A stretch of 24,942 nt of DNA, taken from IMG/VR virus record IMGVR_UViG_3300012665_000085, positions 1 through 24,942 of that record; one strand, given 5' to 3'. Source of the DNA: a virus (lineage: Duplodnaviria; Caudoviricetes). Position numbers and translations under genes: made by a program. Below the pieces are notes generated by a model. It was not told where the DNA came from and did no database searches. It saw only the letters and a program-made list of their open reading frames with translations. Numbering within the stretch: position 1 is the stretch's first letter; each line of letters opens with the position of its first letter. This document shows positions 8,352 to 17,108 of the stretch, piece after piece.

Positions 8352-9005
8352 TTACACTGGTGCCCAGTTAGTAGAGTCTTCATCACGAGTACCCTCCAGC
8401 GCCACAGCATCAGCCAAGGCAAGACGGTACAAAGAATAAGCTTCAGAAGCTTGTAAGCCCCCATCTTCACCACGTTCAGCAATAGCTTTAGAGTAAGCCA
8501 ATAGTTGCACTAAGTGTGGAGGAACTTTAATTATATCACTACTATTAGAAAAGTCAAGCTGTGGGATAAAAAGCTCGAACCTCAAGTTATAAACTGCATC
8601 AGGCAAAGGCCATACTTCAACTTTAGTGTCCCCGTTACTGTCCACACCACGGTAGCAGTATCTAGTAGGAGCTGCTTGCTGAGTAGTACCAATGTAGTAT
8701 TGTCTGTTAATCCAGTTAGGATCAGTAGCTATCATACCGATGTCTTGGGTGTCATTGATGACATCTTGGGTCTTAAAACGACTACCGATGCCTGTCAAAG
8801 AGTAAGCACGAGTGCCAGCTACAGTTGCTAAGGTGATAGTAGCATCTAAGGCGTTCCAGCCGTAAGCGTCCTCTACTTCCCTCTTAGCATCGTTAACGAA
8901 GACACCAATGAGAGAAGAATAAGGAGTGTCGCCCACAGATGTAACCTCAGTTTCACGTAAGCGAACTAAGATATTATTGACTAGTTGTAAGTATGTAGTT
9001 GCCAT
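8352..9005 (-). CDS. Head-tail adaptor (P22 gp4-like or tail tubular protein A-like), 217 aa
   Basis: N-terminal TYLQLVNNILVRLRE helix, VNDAKREVE..W and VWPLPDAVY motifs, as in podophage adaptor proteins. Confidence 0.75.
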   Translation of the reverse strand: MATTYLQLVNNILVRLRETEVTSVGDTPYSSLIGVFVNDAKREVEDAYGWNALDATITLATVAGTRAYSLTGIGSRFKTQDVINDTQDIGMIATDPNWINRQYYIGTTQQAAPTRYCYRGVDSNGDTKVEVWPLPDAVYNLRFELFIPQLDFSNSSDIIKVPPHLVQLLAYSKAIAERGEDGGLQASEAYSLYRLALADAVALEGTRDEDSTNWAPV

Positions 9006-9010
9006 TTATT

Positions 9011-9349
9011 TTACAATCCTTGTTTCTTCTCAAGATCGAATGTGCAGATAATACCGAAAGCGCTACCTGCCTCAGTAGTCATGTGTACTTGGTCGCCTTC
9101 TTCTAAAACTACACCTGTACCGGGAGCGCTAAACTGGAAGTACATCTTAGAGGTGAAGTTATAATTCTCCAAGATTGCAACGTGTGTAGCTGCGCTTGTG
9201 TCGTACCAATCAATAGATAATGTCTTATTTGTACCTAGTGAGTTATGTGCGTAACACAGTGTCCATATTGCTGTGTAGCCAGTTGGAACTGTGTAGACTG
9301 TGGTTTCTACACCGGCAGCTAAGTTCTTACCTACTGATATAACTCTCAT
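9011..9349 (-). CDS. Hypothetical small beta-sandwich virion protein, 112 aa
   Basis: TTVYTVP...VVLEEGDQV pattern, located within the structural operon. Confidence 0.6.
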   Translation of the reverse strand: MRVISVGKNLAAGVETTVYTVPTGYTAIWTLCYAHNSLGTNKTLSIDWYDTSAATHVAILENYNFTSKMYFQFSAPGTGVVLEEGDQVHMTTEAGSAFGIICTFDLEKKQGL

Positions 9350-9351
9350 GA

Positions 9352-9537
9352 TTACTTCTTCTTAGTTGGCTTCTTAGCCATACCTGCTTCAGACATAGAG
9401 ATTGCAATTGCCTGCTTACGGTCTTTAACTACAGGGCCACCCTTGCCTGAGTGAAGAGTACCTGCTTTGTACTCGTGCATGACCTTGCCCATCTTTTCAG
9501 CTTTACCAGCCTTGGTTTTTGGTTTCATAGTTGCCAT
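9352..9537 (-). CDS. Small basic protein, DUF6496-like, 61 aa; likely start MATMKPK at 9537
   Basis: KVMHEYKAGTLHSGKGGPVVKDRKQAIAISMSEAG motif. The 9537 start removes the overlap with the upstream gene. Confidence 0.7.
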   Translation of the reverse strand: MATMKPKTKAGKAEKMGKVMHEYKAGTLHSGKGGPVVKDRKQAIAISMSEAGMAKKPTKKK

Positions 9538-9541
9538 AATA

Positions 9542-9814
9542 TTAGTAGCTGATTTTAGCTGTAATAGTGCCTGAGACATAAACTGTCACATTAACACGGA
9601 TAAAAGGAGGGGGAGTAGCGATAGTAGCCAGACCGTCAGCTGTAAGTGCTGTTCCGATAGTAGACCAAGTTGTATTGTCAACGCTACCTTGGATGGTCGC
9701 AGTGGCTGAAGTGATACCTGACACCTGAACAAATGCAGGAAGGTTGCTGTCAGTACCGATTGATCGAGAAGCGCCTGTAGCTGTAACTGCGTTGAGAAGA
9801 GTTGCTGTTGTCAT
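9542..9814 (-). CDS. Hypothetical small beta-rich virion protein, 90 aa
   Basis: Thr/Ala-rich, with IQGSVDNTTW and FIRVNVT motifs. An AAGGA SD lies upstream. Confidence 0.6.
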   Translation of the reverse strand: MTTATLLNAVTATGASRSIGTDSNLPAFVQVSGITSATATIQGSVDNTTWSTIGTALTADGLATIATPPPFIRVNVTVYVSGTITAKISY

Positions 9815-9838
9815 GATTATAGTCCTTTATTATTACGA

Positions 9839-10042
9839 TTAAATACCTAGAAGTTTCTTGAAGAATTCAGCACCAACGCCCGGGCCAAGCAGCACAATAG
9901 CCATGACTGCGTACAACAAGTACTCAATCTTAGTCATTCGCTTATCACCCGCCTCAAGCGTTTCGTTAATCTTTTCGTAGCGCTGTGAACATACAGCCTC
10001 GTGAGTAGTCAATCGTGCCTCTGTTGCGTCAATAGTTTCCAT
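9839..10042 (-). CDS. Small membrane protein (coiled coil plus one C-terminal TM; XhlA/holin-like), 67 aa
   Basis: HEAVCSQRY coiled coil followed by the hydrophobic LLYAVMAIVLLGPGVGA segment. Confidence 0.65.
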   Translation of the reverse strand: METIDATEARLTTHEAVCSQRYEKINETLEAGDKRMTKIEYLLYAVMAIVLLGPGVGAEFFKKLLGI

Positions 10043-10045
10043 ACA

Positions 10046-10531
10046 TTACTCTGGTTTAGTAGGCCAAACAATATCCCAAGGGAAAGTCTCTTGAGTTGTT
10101 ACATCACGCAGTGCTTGGCGATAAGTGGCCCATGCTGCCTTGTCTACTGGAGCATCAGCCACTTGCGTCCAATCAGTCTCAGCCAGTTTCTTAGTACGCT
10201 CATCACGCACTGATGTGGCTTGCGCTGCGTCTTTGGTGGCCTTGTAAGCGGCTTCCTGTTCAGCAGCCGAGGATTCCTCGGTATCTGTAAAGACAGGGCC
10301 TAAGACATACTTGGTAAACCATTGACCGTTGATCTGCTCAACACCAGCGGCTTGAGAGTATTGGTAGCGATCACCACCAGTTGCTTGTGGGCCTTCAAAG
10401 ATCACAGAAGCACCCAAAGACTCTAGGACTTCAGTTGTTGTTGTATCCCATGATGGGCCGCCATTGGCTTTGATGTGTGTACGGAACTCGCTCTCGTACA
10501 TTACTTGTCCGTCATTTGTTCTGATTTGCAT
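10046..10531 (-). CDS. Tail fibre assembly chaperone-like protein, 161 aa
   Basis: C-terminal VRDERTKKLAETDWTQ...WATYRQALRDV...FPWDIVWPTKP motif, directly downstream of a tail fibre gene. Confidence 0.8.
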   Translation of the reverse strand: MQIRTNDGQVMYESEFRTHIKANGGPSWDTTTTEVLESLGASVIFEGPQATGGDRYQYSQAAGVEQINGQWFTKYVLGPVFTDTEESSAAEQEAAYKATKDAAQATSVRDERTKKLAETDWTQVADAPVDKAAWATYRQALRDVTTQETFPWDIVWPTKPE

Positions 10532-10539
10532 ATAAGTCC

Positions 10540-12474
10540 TTACGCTATGGCTAAAAAGATGAAACTACCACCAGATGCGTTGATGGCTGCTGGAGCGGAT
10601 GAGCTTATCTCAAAGCCAGCGGAGTATGGGTCAATGTAGTCTGTTGAGGTAACTTCAGCGGCAGAACTATTGAGCAACAAGTAAGGGTCATTTCCACTTA
10701 CGATGCCTCTAGCTGTATCCCATACGTACCAATCACCTGTTGAGTCAGTGCGCTTAATGAGGACAAATCTAGCCCCCGCTGTGAAGCCACAGTCGATCTG
10801 AAGCGTAGTGCCCGTGCCTGTGTAGCTGCCTACTTTAGAAACACCAGCGCAGGTTGCGAATAAATACACAACCATGTCGTAACCGGGTCCTTCAAGTGGT
10901 TGTCCGCTACTCAATTGTGTTGAAGATACGTTTGCAAGGTTTACACCTAATCCGCTACCATTTGCAAGACCAGCCCACGCAACAGTACCGCTTAATCTTC
11001 CATATCCGTTATTTGCTGTACAAACGTACCAATTATCTGCAAGTCCTCTTGCCTTATAAATCACCATCTCAGGTGCAACGCCTAAGTTGTGATTTACTAA
11101 GGTTGAGGCTGTATTACAGCAAACCTCATCAAAGAATGATGGAGCGCGTAAGAAAGAATACTGTGCAGCTCCAGCTCCTGAGAAATAGTATCCTTGCTGG
11201 AATGTTGTATTCGTTGCGTTAAACAGCGTGTTTGTTCCAGCATAGTTTGCTTCTGCTGCTGTTGATTGAGTTACCAACCAAGGAGATGTTCCTGTGTTTG
11301 TTAATGGGAACCCACGCAGTCGGTCGTTTATTCCACGCTCATACACCCCAGTTCCTGCGGTAATAACCATGTCTGTTGCAAAACCAGTTGTTACGACAGA
11401 GTTAACAGAGACAGTACCAGTAGTAGGCTTAAACACCTTAGTCGCATCAGTAGGCACTTTCATCGGGCCACGGCGGATGGCTATGTAGATGATTGTTCCG
11501 TTTGCAGGGCCAGAACCGCTAACACACACAAAACCAGTTGCAGTAGGATAAACATTAGGGCCTCCTGCGGATGATTCTGCAAATGATTGATTTGGATATA
11601 ATCTTTGTGAATCTGTGACACTTGCACCACGCATGTTATCTACAAGTTGCCAATTCCCACTTCCAGTTGATCTCCAAAGAATCCATTGAGGCTCATAACC
11701 AAGCGTTGCTGTCCAGTTTCCGCTTGAATCAGTAGAAGCAGACCCACAGCTAATCACATTGTCTGTGCCAGTTAAGCCAAAGCCTCCTGCGTCATGGGCG
11801 AATAGGTAGGCAACGTAAGTTTGACCAGAGCCATTGACACCGTTAGAAGTTCCAACGCTAAATTGTGTAGATGTTGGCGCAGTATCATTCCAATACCCTG
11901 TATACGTCCCCCATGAATCAGTAGTATTTAATAAACCATACCCATTACCTTGAGTGCGGTGATAAACAAACCAATCTTGACCAGCATTAGACGTACATTT
12001 AACAAGGATGCAGCCGGGCGTTGAACCAAGTGAGTGAGCAATGTTTTGTGTAGAGCCATTTCCCGTATAAGTCACAATATCAAAGAACTTAGGCTGCTTG
12101 CGGAATGTCCATGAAACTTGAGATACAGAAGAATCCCAACCACCACCACTAAGCCATGTAAACCCATTATTATTAAATTGCTGGTTGTAGGTTGCGTTAT
12201 ATGCTTGCGCTGCTGTTGTATTTGTTTGCAACACGTTCAAAGGGCCACGGGCGCTATCAAAAAGCTGACTGCCGTAGTTTTGATTTCTACCTTTTGTCCA
12301 ATTAAGACCGCCAAATGTAGCAAGGTCAATACCATTGTTAATTACATTATTAGATGGAGATGTTCCGTTAAACAGATAAGTCGAGAAAATTTGCTCTATA
12401 TATACAGGCACAACTGGCACACCACCACCAAAGGCATCGTAACTAGCAGCGCCGCTTGTAGCTTGTAATGGCAT
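10540..12474 (-). CDS. Putative distal tail fibre / receptor-binding protein with six ~100-aa beta repeats, 644 aa
   Basis: Repeated (F/Y)xGxG...LGxxPxxxxxK units (FFDIVTYTGNG, FFDEVC, VSKVGSYTGTG) and a terminal FIFLAIA. It lies between a fibre gene and a chaperone gene. Confidence 0.7.
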   Translation of the reverse strand: MPLQATSGAASYDAFGGGVPVVPVYIEQIFSTYLFNGTSPSNNVINNGIDLATFGGLNWTKGRNQNYGSQLFDSARGPLNVLQTNTTAAQAYNATYNQQFNNNGFTWLSGGGWDSSVSQVSWTFRKQPKFFDIVTYTGNGSTQNIAHSLGSTPGCILVKCTSNAGQDWFVYHRTQGNGYGLLNTTDSWGTYTGYWNDTAPTSTQFSVGTSNGVNGSGQTYVAYLFAHDAGGFGLTGTDNVISCGSASTDSSGNWTATLGYEPQWILWRSTGSGNWQLVDNMRGASVTDSQRLYPNQSFAESSAGGPNVYPTATGFVCVSGSGPANGTIIYIAIRRGPMKVPTDATKVFKPTTGTVSVNSVVTTGFATDMVITAGTGVYERGINDRLRGFPLTNTGTSPWLVTQSTAAEANYAGTNTLFNATNTTFQQGYYFSGAGAAQYSFLRAPSFFDEVCCNTASTLVNHNLGVAPEMVIYKARGLADNWYVCTANNGYGRLSGTVAWAGLANGSGLGVNLANVSSTQLSSGQPLEGPGYDMVVYLFATCAGVSKVGSYTGTGTTLQIDCGFTAGARFVLIKRTDSTGDWYVWDTARGIVSGNDPYLLLNSSAAEVTSTDYIDPYSAGFEISSSAPAAINASGGSFIFLAIA

Positions 12475-12478
12475 CTTA

Positions 12479-13645
12479 TTAAGCCTTAAATTGTGTGTTG
12501 CTTGCCAAGACTGTGAAAGTCGCAGAGCCTGTCTTGATAATCAAGTAACGGTAGCTGTCGATGCCAGAAGCGTTACCAGCAGTAGGAGCGCCACCCAACC
12601 AACGAGTAGTCACGCCAGTGGTAGTGCCGTCAACCTGAACCACGTTGTTGTAATAAGCAGTAGCGCCTTGAGTTACCAAGAAAGCCACAGTCATGGATTG
12701 GCCTGTGGACATCAAAGTGTTAAGTGATGTGCCACTAGAACCACGGAAGTTGACCGTCCAGTTAGCACTTGCGTTGCTTGTGTAATACAAGACAGACTGC
12801 GTTGTAATGTCGTAGTTGATCGTTCCAGTAGCTGCCACAGCCGTTACCGTAGCAACTTCTGCTGCATCATTTAGGACAATGGCTTGGGTTGAGGATGTAC
12901 CAGAGAAGGTCTGAGTACCCGTGAAGGTGTTAGCTACGCCAGTACCTGCTACACCTGTAAGAGTGTTGCTACCGTAGGCAATAGTCTTGTTTGTCAGTGT
13001 CTCAGCACCAGCAAGTGTAACGTAACCAGCACCTGAGACATAAGCTGCAACCCAAGCTGTACCAGTGTACAGTCTCATCTCCTGAGCTACACTGTTGTAA
13101 TACAGCGACCCAGCCAATAGAGCATTACCATCATTGTCCAGAGTTGGATTAGCTGTCTTAGTGCCTAGGTAGCGATCATCGAAGTTATCGTAAGCAGCCA
13201 AGGTAGCATCTCTAGCTGCTTCAGCTGCTGTTTGAGCACTGGAGGCATTAGAGGCACTAGTAGCTGCATTAGAGGCACTTGTAGAGGCGTTAGAGGCGCT
13301 TGTAGAAGCATTGGAGGCACTGGTTGAGGCTGCACTGGCACTTGAAGCAGCTGCAGCAGCATTAGAAGCTCCTGTGCTGATTAAACCGTCTACGTAACCT
13401 TTGGTAGACACATCAGAAGAGCCGCTAGGAGCAGACATTCCAGTAATGGAGCCACCTGTAATTGCTACAGCATTGGCGTCTTGACCACCCAGAGTACCGA
13501 CAACACGAACAACAGCGCCAGCTGCATTCTTAGTAAAGACCTTCTTGTCTGTTACGTTGACAGCTAACTCACCCTGTACCAAGTCACCCGTAGCAGGGAT
13601 CGCAGAAGCTGTAGAGCTATTCTTTGTAATAATTGTAGATGCCAT
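12479..13645 (-). CDS. Tail fibre protein, proximal part, 388 aa
   Basis: N-terminal anchor-like LVQGELAVNVTDKK, Ser/Ala heptad repeats, FDDRYLG...DNDGNAL..GSLYYN, ETLTNKT and NTFTGTQTF fibre-shaft motifs. Confidence 0.78.
   Translation of the reverse strand: MASTIITKNSSTASAIPATGDLVQGELAVNVTDKKVFTKNAAGAVVRVVGTLGGQDANAVAITGGSITGMSAPSGSSDVSTKGYVDGLISTGASNAAAAASSASAASTSASNASTSASNASTSASNAATSASNASSAQTAAEAARDATLAAYDNFDDRYLGTKTANPTLDNDGNALLAGSLYYNSVAQEMRLYTGTAWVAAYVSGAGYVTLAGAETLTNKTIAYGSNTLTGVAGTGVANTFTGTQTFSGTSSTQAIVLNDAAEVATVTAVAATGTINYDITTQSVLYYTSNASANWTVNFRGSSGTSLNTLMSTGQSMTVAFLVTQGATAYYNNVVQVDGTTTGVTTRWLGGAPTAGNASGIDSYRYLIIKTGSATFTVLASNTQFKA
13238..13372 (-). repeat. Degenerate 21-bp (7-aa, ASTSASN-type) tandem repeat in the tail fibre gene
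   Basis: The protein reads SASAASTSASNASTSASNASTSASNAATSASNASSA. On the + strand, GAGGC/GAAGC-containing units recur with a 21-nt period. Confidence 0.8.
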
Positions 13646-13651
13646 TGTGCT

Positions 13652-15040
13652 TTAACCTTTAAATAGACCGTAGGCTTGACCGATAGTGTCTTGAGAGATA
13701 CCTAAGTTGGTCAGGTAGTTGTTAGCTGCTTGTCTGTTGGCCTCAGTGTCGTTAGCTGAGCTACCTAAGAACTGCTGATAAGCTTGAGCGATAGCTTGTG
13801 GGTTACTTGTAGCACCTAGAGTTTCATACAAGGGTTGAGCTTGTTGAGCCACCGGCGCTTGAGCCATAGGAGCAGCTTGAGCCACTGGAGTAGCCCCGCC
13901 CGTGAGCATACCACCGCCGCCTGCCGCTGGAGCCGTCTGAGTCATGCTTGACTTGTAGATAGGATACGCAGCTTCAATAGTGGCGTAAGGTACACCAATC
14001 TGCTGAAGATACTGGATCGCTGCTGCTTGGTTAGCTTGGTTGTCGCCTCCGTTAGCTGCTGCGTACGTCCCGTAGGCCTGAGCAATCTGTGCTGGAGTAG
14101 CATTAGCTGCTAATGTAGTAGGCGTGTTGCCTGTGGAGGCTGGAAGAGAAGAAAGGTACGAGCCATATCCACTTTGGATAGCTGAATCAGGAATACCGAT
14201 ACTACGTAGGTAGGTGATAGCTGTAGAACGGTTAGCTTCTGTGTTACCGCCGTTAGCTGCTGACCAATCAGCAAAGGCTTTAGCTACGTCTGTAGCATTG
14301 CTTGTAGGCGTGAGAGAAGCAACGGAAGGAAGCAATGGAGGAGGGGTTGGTGTCTTTACTTGAGGCTGGATGCCTAAGTTAGTCATGCTCGTAGGCGTAG
14401 TGTAACCAGTACCTGTAGTAGTTACGGTGGGGTTACCAGCAACGGCAGCATTGGGAGTGAATTTAGTCTCGTACCAGTTCTTCAAGTCAGTACTGATATT
14501 AGAAGCAGCCCCTTGAGGCATGTATCTACTTGCTTGGTTTTGAACAGCTGCGTAGTACTCAGGGGAGTAGTTAGCTGAGCCTGATGAGAAACCTGATCGG
14601 TCTTGTTGTGTCAAGAGGCCACCTCCGCCTGTGTTAGTAGGTATTGCTTTAGTTGCACCAACGATCCCTGCAAGAGAAATGCCTGCCTTAGCTAACGAAG
14701 CTAGTTGAGATGTAGTTAAACCTGTTGAAGCAGCTGTTGCAGCATCAGCAACTACAGGAGCTACAGCAGAAGAACCAGCTGGAATAACTACTTCAGTTGC
14801 AGGTAGGAGCGCAGCCCCTGCTTCAGTGCCAGCTGCTGTACCAGCTACAGCCTCTCCAGTGGGAGCAAGCCAAGCACCAATTTGAGGAGCAAAGTAGTAA
14901 CCCCCTGCTCCCAATATAGCAGCTTCAATAGGATTCTCAAAAGACCACTGTCCTAGTTTAAGAGCAGGCTTTAAAGCTGTAACTAATGTATCAGTAGTAG
15001 CCTGTATAGGATTGCTAACAAAGTCACTGAACTTAGGCAT
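13652..15040 (-). CDS. Hypothetical virion-associated protein with three C-terminal ~56-aa helical repeats, 462 aa
   Basis: Long ORF in the structural operon. Repeats at aa ~242-297, 309-364 and 407-462 share the pattern L..T.....IA.AY......G.N.EAN...A..YL..IGI....I..AY. Confidence 0.7.
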   Translation of the reverse strand: MPKFSDFVSNPIQATTDTLVTALKPALKLGQWSFENPIEAAILGAGGYYFAPQIGAWLAPTGEAVAGTAAGTEAGAALLPATEVVIPAGSSAVAPVVADAATAASTGLTTSQLASLAKAGISLAGIVGATKAIPTNTGGGGLLTQQDRSGFSSGSANYSPEYYAAVQNQASRYMPQGAASNISTDLKNWYETKFTPNAAVAGNPTVTTTGTGYTTPTSMTNLGIQPQVKTPTPPPLLPSVASLTPTSNATDVAKAFADWSAANGGNTEANRSTAITYLRSIGIPDSAIQSGYGSYLSSLPASTGNTPTTLAANATPAQIAQAYGTYAAANGGDNQANQAAAIQYLQQIGVPYATIEAAYPIYKSSMTQTAPAAGGGGMLTGGATPVAQAAPMAQAPVAQQAQPLYETLGATSNPQAIAQAYQQFLGSSANDTEANRQAANNYLTNLGISQDTIGQAYGLFKG

Positions 15041-15043
15041 ATA

Positions 15044-15250
15044 TTACACCTCGTCCGTTGAAGCTACTGTCTTCTTAGCTGTGGACTTCTTGCTCAATAC
15101 TTCTTTGCTGGGGGGCGCTTCGTCGGCTTTGGCTTCTTCATTGGTTTGTTCTTGTACATATCCATCATGGCCTTTCATACCGTCAATATCGACTTGTGCT
15201 GTAAATGTAACTAGGTTGCCACTTGCGAGGCATCGGAAAGTAGCAATCAT
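15044..15250 (-). CDS. Small hypothetical protein downstream of the capsid gene, 68 aa; likely start MIATFRC at 15250
   Basis: An AGGA SD lies about 8 nt upstream of the ATG at 15250. The ATFRCLASGNLVTF...DIDGMKGHDGY core is followed by a charged, disordered tail. Confidence 0.65.
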   Translation of the reverse strand: MIATFRCLASGNLVTFTAQVDIDGMKGHDGYVQEQTNEEAKADEAPPSKEVLSKKSTAKKTVASTDEV

Positions 15251-15271
15251 GGTGATTATCCTGTTAGTGGT

Positions 15272-15308
15272 CAAACCAAAGAGAACCCCTTGTGAGGATT
15301 CCCTTCAG
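15272..15308 (-). terminator. Putative intrinsic terminator or attenuator after the major capsid gene
   Basis: The minus strand reads AAGGGAATCCT-CACAA-GGGGTTCTCTT (stem with several G-U pairs) followed by TGGTTTG, just after the capsid stop codon. Confidence 0.55.
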
Positions 15309-15319
15309 ATTAGCTACTA

Positions 15320-16264
15320 TTAGGCAGGTACAGCCAAAGCAACAGCAGCGTAGTCACGCAACTCGCCAACGCCGTACAGGGTGTCAGCAGTAAACAGAGT
15401 ACCGAGGTATTCTTGTTTGTACTGAGTCTGTGAACGGACGCCAACTTGCTCGACCAACACCATTGAGTCTTTGTGAGCCAACAAGCAGATACGGTCAGCA
15501 CCGGAGTTACCAGCACCGAAGTCAGCGTTAGAGGTCACGAACACAGCAGTGCCGTACAAGTTACCAACTTCACCGTTACGGATTGTGTTAGCAGAACCGG
15601 ACTCACCAACGAAGGCTTGCTCAGTGTAGCGGTTCAAACCCATCAGCGTGTTACGGCTTGAAGGAGGGATGATGAAGAAACGACCGTCCATAGGAACATC
15701 GTTGTCATCCAAGCGTTGCATAGTGCGACGGATAGCGGCATCAGTCAAAGCAGCAGCGTTAGAGGTAGTGCTGTTATAAGCAGTAGTACCGTTAGAGCCG
15801 ATAAAGGCCTTAGTAGCTGTGTTTGATGTAGCGTAGTCATCAGTACCAGAAGTAGCGCCGTTAGCCAAACGACCCAAACGGATAACGTCTGTGTCAACTT
15901 GACGAGCCAAAGCGTAACCAGCGTCACCAGTGTAGAACTGACGCAGGCTAGACAAAGCTTGTGCTTCGACGATATCTTCGATCAAGCGACTATACTCATA
16001 ATGCTTGTTGATAGAGATAACAATGTCTGTCTCAGTAGCTGCGATCAATGTTACTTGAGTCGATGCTGACTTAACAGATGCGTTACCACGTGTAGGCACT
16101 GGAATGTGAACTGTGTCACCCTTCTTGCCCTTGAAGCTCATTTTCTTAACGAGGTTAGCAGCGACAAGGCTCTTCTTGTAAGTTGCAACGATTTCATCGC
16201 TCCAAATTTCTGGAATAAACTTATCTGCTGTGGTGGTCGTTACGTGTGCGGTTCCTAAACCCAT
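15320..16264 (-). CDS. Major capsid protein (HK97 fold, podophage type), 314 aa
   Basis: FIPEIWSDEI, GKKGDTVHIP, GYALARQVD, LDDNDVPMDGRFFIIPP, GNLYG and ADTLYGVGELR motifs. It has a strong TAAGGAG SD and follows the scaffold gene. Confidence 0.92.
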   Translation of the reverse strand: MGLGTAHVTTTTADKFIPEIWSDEIVATYKKSLVAANLVKKMSFKGKKGDTVHIPVPTRGNASVKSASTQVTLIAATETDIVISINKHYEYSRLIEDIVEAQALSSLRQFYTGDAGYALARQVDTDVIRLGRLANGATSGTDDYATSNTATKAFIGSNGTTAYNSTTSNAAALTDAAIRRTMQRLDDNDVPMDGRFFIIPPSSRNTLMGLNRYTEQAFVGESGSANTIRNGEVGNLYGTAVFVTSNADFGAGNSGADRICLLAHKDSMVLVEQVGVRSQTQYKQEYLGTLFTADTLYGVGELRDYAAVALAVPA

Positions 16265-16310
16265 GATTAAATCTCCTTAAGATTTATAAAATACAAATTA
16301 AAAAACAATG

Positions 16311-17108
16311 TTAACGGACACGCCCTGAAGCATAAGCAGCCATAATTTCAGGTTGCAACGCCTCATAGCGCTCAGGGTCAGAAGTCATGAGTCTCATGAT
16401 ATCTGTACGGCGATAGACCTTTTGACTACTCTCTCCAGTGCCTCCAACGTCCACTGAGGCAGCTCGTAGATTCTTATTAAGAGCCTTTTGACCTGCTTCC
16501 TGCGATTGTTGGGCCTTGACACTTCTAATCTGCTTAAAAGTGCTAAGGAGTTCATCAGCGGAGTTAAAATCGTATGTGCTGTCTGCCAAAGCAAACATGT
16601 TCAAACGAATAGGAGAAGATTTTACCCACTCCTGAAACTCACCATCACGTACTACATCAGCAAAGTCAGGGTGTTTAGCAGCCAATTGTTGTTGTGTCTG
16701 CATTGCTCTGAATTGCATTGATGTCGCTTTAGCAGCTTGTACATCAGGGTGACTCTCTACTGCGCGTTGAATCGCCTTTTGAGGGTCTTCAAAAAAGTCA
16801 ACTTCTTCTTCTTGTTGTTGTGCTTTAGCTTGAGGAAGCTGTGTCTGTTGAGCAAGGTTGCTCTTAATTAGCTGGTCAGCGAGTTTGCGTACTTCACCTA
16901 CTTCTTGTGCCTGTCGCCCAATTAGCTTTTCAGCCTCTTGGTGCATAGTAACAATATCCTCTAGTGTTTTCCCCTGATATTTAGAGGGTACTTTTGGAGT
17001 ATCTTCAGTCTGTGAACTACTTAGTGAATCCTGCTTTGCAGCCTGATTACTTTCCTCAATGTCCAACTCACTTGGAGTCTCGTCGTCAAAACTATCAACT
17101 AATGCCAT
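16311..17108 (-). CDS. Capsid scaffolding protein, 265 aa
   Basis: Acidic N-terminus, PSKYQGKT...MHQEAEKLIGRQAQEVGEVRK coiled coil and C-terminal IMAAYASGRVR. It lies immediately upstream of the capsid gene. Confidence 0.82.
   Translation of the reverse strand: MALVDSFDDETPSELDIEESNQAAKQDSLSSSQTEDTPKVPSKYQGKTLEDIVTMHQEAEKLIGRQAQEVGEVRKLADQLIKSNLAQQTQLPQAKAQQQEEEVDFFEDPQKAIQRAVESHPDVQAAKATSMQFRAMQTQQQLAAKHPDFADVVRDGEFQEWVKSSPIRLNMFALADSTYDFNSADELLSTFKQIRSVKAQQSQEAGQKALNKNLRAASVDVGGTGESSQKVYRRTDIMRLMTSDPERYEALQPEIMAAYASGRVR

Noticed and set aside
13238-13372. Short periodic repeats as a CRISPR array or non-coding repeat
   Set aside because: They are in-frame, degenerate at third codon positions, have no spacers, and encode Ser/Ala heptads of the fibre.
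15310-15516. Overlapping 68-aa ORF as a programmed frameshift or readthrough extension of the capsid protein
   Set aside because: It ends only 10 nt past the capsid stop, I saw no slippery heptamer, and the capsid stop is followed by two more in-frame stops (TAA TAG TAG).
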